Assembly: GCA_020137815.1 (NCBI GenBank)
Contig: CM035359.1
Span: 6,696,001 to 6,760,000 of the forward strand
Direction of reading: 5' to 3'
DNA length: 64,000 bases
Origin: Hormiphora californensis
Lineage: Eukaryota > Animalia > Ctenophora
Below are positions 26,334 through 37,000 of this stretch, one piece after another. Below the pieces are notes generated by a model. It saw only the letters and a list, made by a program, of their open reading frames with translations, did not search any database and was not told where the DNA came from. Every line of letters begins with the position of its first letter. Position 1 is the first letter of the stretch. Made by a program: the position numbers and the translations under genes.

Positions 26334-27098
26334 TTAATTTTCATATTCTAGACTTGCAATAAGTGATAGTGTTCTCCCGATAATTTGAAAAATATTGTAA
26401 AACTCTTTCGAATGTTTTAAAAGTAGCCGTTTAATTTCTTCTAGGCTTTTGCAATCCACCAGATTGATCAATTTTCTACCGTTCACACTTAGACGCTTTC
26501 TCTGAGGGACAACAAGAGGAACAACTCCATACTTTAGACCGATAAATAGGCTTTTAATCGCTTTGACTAGTCTATTGCTGCGTACAATCGAAGCATAGCC
26601 TTTCATATCCATCAATCGTCGTAGTTCTAGATAGTCTCGGATATTTTTAGAGTTGATTATTGTATCCGAGAACTCATAGAACTTCGTGTCATTAAAATTA
26701 GTCTTGAATTCATCTAATTGTTTCTCAAACAGGAGAATTCTCTCAAGATGCTGTTTTGTTTCATTCAACTTTGATTTGTACAATCTCTCATATTTCCGAG
26801 CTTGTTGATCTCGTTTTCGGTACAACGACTTGAAGTCAATATCCTTCAATGGATCAGATTTTTCCTCAATATCATCTTCCTCAATATCATCTTCCTCAAT
26901 ATCATCTTCCTCATCCTCCAGATCAATATTTACTTCATTAACCTTATTTATTGATGATTCCTCATTTGGAACGTCTTCTGTTTTGTCATCAGCTGAGTCA
27001 CTACCAGTCGGCCCCCATTTTTTGTGATCATATTTTTGATGTTGAAGAAGAAGATAAACAGTCGTAAATTCCTCATCGCACAAATCGCATGGAAACAT
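26334..27098 (-). CDS. Polinton-borne 254-aa protein: C2H2 zinc finger, acidic tract, coiled coil, basic helical C-terminal domain
   Basis: FPCDLCDEEFTTVYLLLQHQKYDH; TATAAAAGG at 27140-27132; intact ORF. Confidence 0.8.
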   Translation of the reverse strand: MFPCDLCDEEFTTVYLLLQHQKYDHKKWGPTGSDSADDKTEDVPNEESSINKVNEVNIDLEDEEDDIEEDDIEEDDIEEKSDPLKDIDFKSLYRKRDQQARKYERLYKSKLNETKQHLERILLFEKQLDEFKTNFNDTKFYEFSDTIINSKNIRDYLELRRLMDMKGYASIVRSNRLVKAIKSLFIGLKYGVVPLVVPQRKRLSVNGRKLINLVDCKSLEEIKRLLLKHSKEFYNIFQIIGRTLSLIASLEYEN

Positions 27099-27165
27099 GT
27101 TTACAGAAATGAATTAAAAAAGACAAGTGTTCCTTTTATAGTCGTCACTGTTCCTACATCGGTGC

Positions 27166-27555
27166 TTACTGTTCCTCTTTATTCCCACAATTTGGACAAT
27201 CTTCGTTCTCTTCCGAGAACACCTTTTCCGTGATATCTTCCACTATTTCTAGATTTTGTTGGAGCAATTCGCGAATCACGAACAATGAGTCGTTATCCTT
27301 TATCGCATTTATCAGAAGCTCCTCTTCTGGTGTCAGCTCAATCTCAGTCAAATCTGCATTAATTAGATATTGCTTCAAACCAAAACATTGCAATAGGCTC
27401 GAGTATGGCGTTTCACTTTCGACTTTTGGTGAATCCATCTCTTCATCAGACAATTCCACCTCCGAGTCAGAGTCTGTGTCAGGGTCAGAATCAGAGCTGT
27501 TTCGCTTTTTGTCATTCAAGCGTATAGTTTTTAGAAAAGAAGTTGAACGAGACAT
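27166..27555 (-). CDS. Polinton-borne 129-aa acidic protein with C-terminal CxxC
   Basis: Intact ATG ORF; TATAAAAGG at 27599-27591. Confidence 0.7.
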   Translation of the reverse strand: MSRSTSFLKTIRLNDKKRNSSDSDPDTDSDSEVELSDEEMDSPKVESETPYSSLLQCFGLKQYLINADLTEIELTPEEELLINAIKDNDSLFVIRELLQQNLEIVEDITEKVFSEENEDCPNCGNKEEQ

Positions 27556-28054
27556 TGTTCGAAATGATTACTTTTCATGGAAAACATCTCCCTTTTATAG
27601 CGTTCCCGGGTGTTCTCTCGACGTTCCGATGTGTTCTTTTCAAAAGCTAATTGGTTCCTCTGTGTTCCTTTCGGAACCCTTTGATTCCTTGCTGTTCTTT
27701 CGATTTCATGTTTATTCTTAGGTGTTCTTAACCGTTCTTACGACGTTCCTGTGTGCTCCTGTGATACGTGAAAACAAACGAGAAACACCCAATAACGGTG
27801 AATAACAGACTAGGAACACTAGGAACAGATTGAACCACAAAGGAACTGCTGGGAACGCCCGTAGAGCACACGGAGAATGGACTAGGAACACTAGGAACGC
27901 TTTTACGGTTCCTAGAATCAGCAAGGAACGGCTAGGAATACCTAGGAACAGTTATAAACACCCATTGGGTTGCTTGTCAGCACGTCGATAAGAGAGGTAG
28001 AACATCCAGTAATTAGGTATATAAACCACGAGTATTCAGTTTTATTATTTCAAA

Positions 28055-28489
28055 ATGGATACATTTATCTCCACTGTACCCGATGACCTCAAAGAAGTCT
28101 ACAAAAAACACTGGGCTACTATTAGACCGAGCGTTAAAAATGGATTATTGAAAGACATGTATCATTTTCCAATCTCTCCTTATGATAGCATCCCTGGGAA
28201 GCTCGGTGGAGTACTGAAATATTACAAAAAACCTGTAAAAGTCAATGTAGCTTTTGGATACATATTAAGGAACACTGAAACGGATGAGTTGAAGTTTTTC
28301 CATCCATCCAACAATACAATGGTGTTTGAAACAGCACAAGTCATAGCAGATCAAGACGATATAATGAAAGTAAAGAATGAAATCGAAAGAGATGATTTAG
28401 TTGAAATAGCACGCGAATCAAGACATTCTTCGAAATGGGTGGTTGAGACCATTGTTTGCATACGTTTTGATGTATACAGATATTCTTGA
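28055..28489 (+). CDS. Polinton-borne 144-aa protein resembling the N-terminal (terminal-protein-like) domain of Polinton pPolB
   Basis: KVNVAFGYILRNTETDELKFFHPSNN...SKWVV pattern recognised from memory; TATATAAA at 28018-28025; CAAAATGG start context. Confidence 0.7.
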   Translation: MDTFISTVPDDLKEVYKKHWATIRPSVKNGLLKDMYHFPISPYDSIPGKLGGVLKYYKKPVKVNVAFGYILRNTETDELKFFHPSNNTMVFETAQVIADQDDIMKVKNEIERDDLVEIARESRHSSKWVVETIVCIRFDVYRYS

Positions 28490-29345
28490 AGTTTTTATTC
28501 ACAAATTCAATGATTAATAGAGTTTAAAATGCAATCGGAGAACACTATCACTTATTACAAGTCTAGAATATGAAAATTAAGTTGATGTATGTATTATCAT
28601 TCTATTTATTTAGATCAACCAAAAATAGCGTATTTTCTGTGTTTTAAGTTGTTTTTAACCGTTCCAACGCGTTCTTATGATGTTCCTGTGTGTTCCTGCG
28701 ATGTGTGAAACAGGCAAGAAACACCCAATAACGGTGAATAACAGACTAGGAACACTAGGAACATATTAAAGCACCAAAGAACTGCTAGGAACACCCATAT
28801 AGCATATGGAGAATAGACTAGGAACACTCGGAACTCTTTTCCGAATCCTATAATTAACAAGGAATAGCTAGGAATGGCTAGGAACGGCTAAAAACATCCA
28901 TTTTCAAATGTTGCTTGCCAGCTCTACGCAGATTTACTGATTTATTTTATGATCACGCGTGTACCCCATTTTTAGGTGGTACAACCATTTTGTTTTTTTC
29001 AACATTTAAAAAAAATCAGTTGTTTTATGACTTTTTATACGTTTCATGCATCCGCTTTCATGAAAAGAAATTGGAAAATACATATCTATATAATCCCCGA
29101 TAGTTGTATAATCAGTCGACGTTCATGGTACATATATAGCTCTCAAATATCTAGATATGTCGTCCTAAGTCCATCCTCCAGCACCTTTCTCTTCACGTAA
29201 ATGTGGTTAAGACCCGATTTTTTCACAGAGTACTGTGGCCCTTGCCGGTACATTAGGCTAGGTCACAAAGGTCACAAAGAGACGATCAATTATCACGGCA
29301 CTAGTCCTACTATTTAAAAACGTCTCAAATTTCAAAGATTTTGTT

Positions 29346-29415
29346 GCCACGGTGGCCGAGTGGTCTAAGAGATTGACTTTTGCTACAAAGGTAGCGAGTT
29401 CAAACCCAGCTGATC
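29346..29415 (+). promoter_or_regulatory. tRNA-like Pol III A/B box unit in the right TIR
   Basis: A box TGGCCGAGTGG at 29353-29363 and B box GTTCAAACC at 29398-29406 with tRNA spacing; stems do not pair well. Confidence 0.6.
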
Positions 29416-29837
29416 TTTAAAATTCCTTGTCAGCGCTAGTGACGTCACAAAAGTCACAAAGTGACGTCATAATCACGTGACATCATATGACATCATGTGA
29501 CGTCACGTGACATCATGTGTGTCACGTGACATGCCCATATATGGAAGTGACATATTCGAGCGAAAAAGGGGTCCCAAATCCTCGCCATATACTACTTTAG
29601 GCGTGTCTAGTATAAAGTTATAGTGATCTTATATACGAGGAAGACCTATAATCTCTTGTGTAGATACTCGAGTAAGCCGGAAGAAGTCTAAGTACCCAAC
29701 ATTCAAACAATGTACCGTAGTTTGTTATGTTCTAATAACCATTAACCCTCCTTCGAAATTTGTTTGCCACTGCGGGGAGAGGTGCACTGATGCAGAGGGA
29801 TGGTCGAGCAAGGCAAGGCCGTAGTGTGACGTGTTAT

Positions 29838-30001
29838 AGGGAAATAGTCGTGCCTGAATCTCAGGTTCAGGTCACGGCTTTTTATCCCTGAGATTTTAGG
29901 GAAATTTATCAGGGAATAGCCTATAACAACCCCGAAACCTCAGGTCTCAAGGGCAAATAATAGTGACCTGAAACTGAGGTTCAGGCACGACTGTTTCCCC
30001 T
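29838..30001. mobile_element. MITE, GGGGAAACAGTCGTGCCTGAA family; other copies about 38319-38480, 32421-32455 and 55355-55427
   Basis: Imperfect TIRs and several copies in the window. Confidence 0.65.
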
Positions 30002-30533
30002 CATATTGTTTTATCTTTGGGTTCGTTCTGCTCTACCCGAATTCTTAGTTTTCCAAACCTTTCATCACGTCCAGTTCAGAATATTTCTCTCTCATTAACT
30101 CTATTTCACTCTCTCTGCTTCTATGCCGACCTCTCACTCTCTCCCTTTATTTATGATTCTGAATCTGGCTCTATTCTATCTTTCTTAAATTCACTGTCGC
30201 TCGCTATCCCTCTCCCTTGATTTCTCTATCTCACCCACTCACACTTCAATTATAGTTCTTCTAACACTGTGCAAATGCATGTGTATTACCGATAGCACAG
30301 CGTATTCAATATAAACACAATCAAATGACCAAGACTCATCAGCTGTTGTTCTAGCTTGTTTCAGGCCATGTTATCACCTGACTTGTAATACAAAACACGA
30401 CATGTCCTACTCCATTAAACTACCTACCTATCTTGTTTTGTTCTAGAAAAATTATCTAGAAATATGCCATTTTTCTAGCTTCAAGAAATTTTCACTATTG
30501 CTTCTCTCCCTCTTCCCTCTCTCTCTAGTCTCG

Positions 30534-30624
<91 letters not shown>

Positions 30625-31099
30625 GTGCCCTGTTTTGTATTACCCATGGGTGTGTGAGTATTTTGAGTGTGTAATTGATTTATAAGCTGCCGCCTGACTG
30701 GGGTGGACCTGCAGACTTGTGTTTGTTTGTAATGTGTATACACACACATTTCCATACCTCACTGCTTTTCTCTTGTCGTTACACCAGCTTGTTCCATGGG
30801 CAGAATCTGAGGCATAATTATACCTGTAGAATATGCCTTAGATTCTGCCCTTAGATTCTACCTCGACGAGATTATTCCTGAAATGGCCTTCAGTATCATA
30901 GCTTAGCAGCAATAAAATGTGCAGTTTAATTTTCCAACGACAGATGCATTTTCTTGACTTTTTTCTTTTTGTACAAAGAAAGTTTATTCACTTGTTAATT
31001 CCTTCGATTCCTGAACAAATGCTTTGCTCTTAAAAGAAATATAATACACTTATCTTTTTATTTTATTTTAGAAGTTTTAACAGTAGGTGATCGTTATAA

Positions 31100-34000
31100 A
31101 TGGGTCGACGACTCTTCGTCTTATGCCTTCTCATTCTTTCCCTGTCCCTGGTGACTGATGCGGCGGTAAGTCATTCAAGACGTTGCAACTCTTTAGACGA
31201 GGGGCCAGAGGAATTTTGCTTTTGTAAACGATTCTTAACGATTCCTAAAAATTGAATTGCGAAACCACCCTCCACCCTCCACCCTCCACCCTCCACCCTC
31301 CACCCTCCACCCTCCACCCTCCACCCTCCACCCTCCACCCTCCACCCTCCACCCTCCACCCTCCACCCTCCACCCTCCACCCTCCACCCTCCACCCTCCA
31401 CCCTCCACCCTCCACCCTCCACCATCCACCATCCACCCTCTATCCTCTACCCTCCACATGGAACACACGATGTCTGGTTATGAATATATCGATTATCTAA
31501 CATTTCAGTATAATAAATTCTTTCCCGTTACAGAAACGCAAGGGACGTAAGGGTGGAAAGGGTGGAAAGGGTGGAAAAGGAGGAAAAGGAGGAAAAGGAA
31601 AGGGATCTAAAATGATGAAAATGGATGGTGAGAGAACAGAGTACATTTTAGTAAACTTTTTAGCTGAGCCTTTTATTACTTTCTACTTAGTATAGTGCTT
31701 TTTACTTTACTTACTCATATAGATTATGCAGTGCTTTTGTTTTTTGAGGTACACCGGTACTGCAGCTGCGGTACAGCTGCGCGCGAAAAACAGTCTAACT
31801 TGGCAACTGCATATATGAACTTGTTAACAATATTCAAACGTCTATGAAACATTTCTATGCTGCTAATTTGCTGTTTCCCTCAGCCTCTACTCACTGTTTC
31901 CCTCTTTTCAGCCTGTACTATGGCAGGACACCCGTGTATGCTGGGGCAGGAGTGTGTAGTGGAGAAGTACACTGGGGAGGAGAAATGTGTATGCACGGAA
32001 CACTGTCCACGGGTTGCTGATGCTCAGGTAGGAATGCACTGCATCCAATTATAGTAGAATTGATGAAAATTTCACCTGGAGGCTTGAGCCTTTAGAAGAA
32101 AAGCCAACTGCTAAGGATGGAACTAGGAGAATAATACACTAATTACTATTTCATATCTACATCTAGGTGTGTGGTAGTGATATGGTGACGTATGAGACCG
32201 CCTGCCATCTTTACCAAAAGGCATGTGATACTCACAGGATGATTAGCGCAGTTGCATTCGGACCCTGCGACATGTGTAAGTGTATTGTGAAATCAGAAAT
32301 CATTATAGTTCTACAACGCTGCATGAATCGCGCTGGATGAATCCCCATTTATTTTTTGAGAAAGAGTATAATTTCAACGTGTCATATATAAGTTATACCA
32401 ATTATACCAGCTGGTTACAATGGGGGAAACAGTCGTGACTGAACCTCAGATTCAGCTCGAAGGATTATAATAGACCCGGTCTAATAGATGGTACAATCTG
32501 AATGAAAGTCATTCAATTATAAGGTCCCATGATCAGGTCCCCTAAACCACTTCTCACACCTGTCTTTCTTCAGACCACACCTCCCATCTAAAGATAGAAC
32601 CGGAGATGGCCCAAGTGTGCGAGAACGGTAACGCTGCCTTCAAATGCCAATACGACAGTAAGCTCTTAATGTATATATCCAGTACCATTTAACTAATCTT
32701 AATAATTTAACAACTCTTATACTGTTTTACGGTTACCTATTAGAATAAACTGTTTAACAACCTTAATAACATTTTGCTTCGAGGATATATTATTATATTA
32801 CTAGTTAACGTCTTCCTCCGCCCCTACATCTATTTATTGTATGTAAAGCCGGAGTAAAGTCGGATTTTTTGAAGTTGTCACCCCCCTTTTCGTGCGCGGA
32901 AAGTTTTTGCGCGTCACATCACATGTTAACGTGTGGTGTGCGCGTCAAAATTGATAAATTTCACATGCGCGGTCATTTTGGGGTGACAACTTCAAAAAAT
33001 CCGACTTTAGCTACTACTGCTTTAAATCAAATAAAATCCAACCTGTTGGTCACTGTAAGCTGTACTAACGGGTTGCAACTAAAAATCGTTCTGGCCCGAA
33101 GCTGTATCTCAAAAAGGAAAAATTCTAGAGCCGTTTAAAACTAGGGACAAGGGTCAGCACACACCAAAGTTAAAATCAAAATTAAAATTTTGATTTTAAC
33201 GCCGCACACACCAGCGGCCGTTAAAATTTCTCTCCCCCATTCTAAAAGTAACGATCTCGCGCGCCAGTTTGACGGCGTGTTAAAATTTTAACACCCGTCA
33301 AACATTGTATAAACCACCCTCTCTGAATTATTATAAATCCTGTCCAGGCATGATTGAGAGTATTGTTGAGTGGAGGAAGGATAACGAGACGATAAGAAAC
33401 AACAGGAAATATCAAATAGATGGAGCTTCCCTCGTCGTCCAATGGGTAATATATCACTCAAATAACCAGTTATGAACCATATGTGATGCCCTCAATGAAT
33501 TGAACAACATCAATTGTGCTACCCTCCATGACTAACAACATGTGTTACAATCCCCCCATGATTAACAACTTGTGTCACTAGGTAACACACTAACACCATG
33601 TGTCAATAGGTAAATGAAATGGATGAAGGTAATTATACGTGTGTAACACAGGGAACGAACGATACCATCCGAACTGCTGATGCCATGCTCAAAATGACAC
33701 GTAAGCAGCTCGATGACAGTGTTTATGATTAGTTTGAACAACAATAAACAAATTAAATTAGCAACAACGTGCAATAGATAATATGTTATGGAAACAAATG
33801 GATAAGATAGTTTGAATCACACAATTCAGCAATTATAATTTAAGAAGCTTCAGGTATAATGCGGTCACGGTATATAGCGCACAAAAAATCAGCAAAATAT
33901 AGCAAAAATATCTCCGAATAGAATATAGTGTCATTGTTTTACAGTTAAATAGTGTTAGTAACGAAAAGTTTTTTTCAAAATCATGTTTAATGGACAATAG

Positions 34001-37000
34001 GGGCAGGATCGTTATACAGTCAGATCCCGACTTGGCGATTTATCGGGCAAATACATTTTACAATTTAGCCGATGTAGGGAATTACAATGTAATTTACATA
34101 ATATAATTATTTAATTTATATTGATAAACCGGGTACCCCAATTTACTGGGCTAAGCATTTTGACATTTTAGTATGGTAATATGGAGCTTTCCATGCTCTG
34201 AATCTCTCGCTATCTTAAAAGAAGGAATAGTTTCTGTTGCAGTCGATGGTTTATACAGTTCCTCCGAAGTAGAGAACGCGAATTCGTCGTTTGAGCTTTG
34301 AAAGCGTTTTCATGTTGGCAGTTCGGACCTGAGAGGTGTTCGAGAATTATTTTTCGACTAAATAAATGGTTTATGAGAAATGCAAATATTGTTCAAATAA
34401 TTATGATTATAGTTAATCAATTAATTAATTAGTTAATCAATTACATTACCTCTCCATTCATAGCACAATAAATGATAGGAGACCACAACGTGCTGGTCTT
34501 TGCCATGAACGCAGGAATAGTAGCATGGATTCCTTTCGAAAATGCATCTGTAAAGAATAGTCTGTGATAAAGAATTATTTATAAAGGAGTAAACAACATA
34601 GTTGGTAACCATGGTAACCTACGTTCGTTGTCGAATGTAACGAGAAGGTTAACCACGGTGTATGGTGTCCAGCTGATAAAGAAAGACATGATGATGACAG
34701 CGATAACGTGAGATATCTTTCTTTCCGCCGCCTGAAGAATTCGATTTGTAAAATCCTAGGAAGGATTTGGAAAAAAAAGTTAAAATACTGATTGATTATA
34801 GCTGTCGGTGCAGTTTGATGATGGAAGTCAAGTAGAGCATCCCGGTAAAGCGGGGTCCACCGATAATACCTTGATGATGTTATGTGATTTCAACCGTGGG
34901 AAAAGAGAGATAGATAGAAATACTAAGAGAGAGAAATTAGTGGTCCGCCGATAATACCTTTATGATGTTATGTGACTTCATGTCTCCAGTGGCAAACTCG
35001 TCGCCTGAATTCGCCTGGTCGGTGTTCGGCTCTATTCTACTGGAACCGCTCTGCTCATCAGTCTTGTTCTTTGAGTTTGACGCTGGAAAAATTATTTTAC
35101 GATTAAAACAATTTATGAGATTGTCATATGCCCCACGGTTGTCGGTTACCCCGATTTACCAGACACCCCGATTTGCCGTGCAAAACCCTATTACCCGAGG
35201 ATCCCGGTAAATCGGGGTCCGACTGTACTAGTACGAGAGAAGCTGTGCAGTAATCACCTAGTGTAGCAGAAGTGCGATTCTGAGAGTTTGTGGCTGATGT
35301 TATGTTCGTTTCCATGGTCCTCTCAGCCTGTTGTCCAACGACAAAGTTCTCCTCATAAACATCAACCGCTTGTTTCACAAAGAAGAGAATTCTGAAAAGG
35401 ATCACTTCAGTTTCATTCAGAATGGGTGTGATGAAAACGATCAGAGCTGGTTTGTTTGTCTGTCCCAGCATTTTATTATGGATAAATCCTTTTCCATGCC
35501 AATCATATCAAAGGGCATAGATACCAGCTTTGATATGATTGTGCGGATCGATGATTCGTATGTTATAAACATTGTGATTGGTTTTGATGGGGTTTCCAAA
35601 TAGGTCTTACCTGTTATAGCAGAAAGCGATAACAAAGAGAGGAATGAAGTACCCGGTGCACATCATACAAATAATGTAAATGAAATCCTCTTTGTTTTTC
35701 GTTTCCCAGGTTATGGAGTTGGAAATTCCAATTCCTGCAGAAATCGAAATATCAAATCGTGTGGTACAAGTGTAACGAACAATCAGATATGGTTTGCATG
35801 GGGTAATTGGGACTATAGTGTGAAGTTAAATTGGTTGGAGTTTGGAATAATGATCATTTTCAAACAGTAAGTAAATCAAATAATTTACCTTCTCCATTCC
35901 ATTTCGCAATTCCATAGAAAGGGAGAGATGCGTAGATAACGTTGAAGACCCATAGGAAGGAGCAGCATTTTACTGCAGTAGGCTCCGTAAAGGGAAACCG
36001 CTGTCGTGGCGTCACTCTGTGTGTAAAAAGCGGATTCATAATTAATTAATCCATTTGAAGTTACATATATATGATTGATTTGATATTCTCGATTGTTAGA
36101 TACAAGACCACCTGCACTAAGCCACGTTACGTTATTGTCAGAACTTCTCGGGGAGCAAAATCGATTTCTAAACCACTTAGACATTTATCACAGCTGGTTA
36201 CAAACCTAATATAGCCCTAACAACTGTAATATTTTCCAATTCTCTAGAAGTATAAACCCACGTTAATATTAATATAAAGTACCTGAGATATCTTTCAATG
36301 GATACCAAAGCAAGAAGAGACATTGCCATGAGACCACAGCTGGTCACGACAAACGCTTCGAATCCTCGACCCATCTCTCCAAATACCCACTTCACTGCAA
36401 AACAGAATCGTGATGATCATCAATCATCATTCATCAATCGTCATGTCTTGCAAAACAGAATTTTGATGAGACATGAATGAGATATATGCTATTTGTTTTT
36501 TTTCCTAGTTTTCACTACGGCTATATTCTGCTATACTCACTTGAATATCCGGAAATAACAACCATGGGTTCTCCAATGGTTGCTATGATCAGGTTGGTGA
36601 CCGCCAAATGGGTCAAAATTATCCGTAGAGGTGCTCCAAGGGGCTTCTCCTTCAAGAACGTGTAAATCACCAACGCGTTGCCTGATGGGAAGATATCAAT
36701 TAATGAATTAATGAAAACAGGTTTTAATCCAACAAACAATATAACTATAGCTACTTCAATTTACAATAGCACTTGTGTCAGTGATATTGCAGCTTTATCG
36801 AAAGTCCCTGCAACTATTTGGTGAGATTTACCTGCGATGCTGCCCAGTGCGTTGAGTGCCAGTAAACTTGCCAGGGAGTACACCACTTTAGGGTCCTCCC
36901 CTACCACTGCATCTGTATCCACAGTTGCTGTTGTCATATTTAATATATCGGGTTCGATGCTAGAGTCAGGACGAATATTAAACATAGACCTATAACAAAG

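Larger units (their letters stand above)
25550..29596. mobile_element. Miniature non-autonomous Polinton/Maverick-type element (4047 bp)
   Basis: Termini AGTAGT...ACTACT; 6-bp TSD TTAGGC at 25544-25549 and 29597-29602; outer TIR 366 bp (25550-25915 / 29231-29596) plus inner IR (25922-26380 / 28534-28991); intronless ORFs. Confidence 0.88.

Noticed and set aside
29346-29415. Functional tRNA gene
   Set aside because: Acceptor, D and T stems do not pair; only the promoter boxes and spacing are retained.
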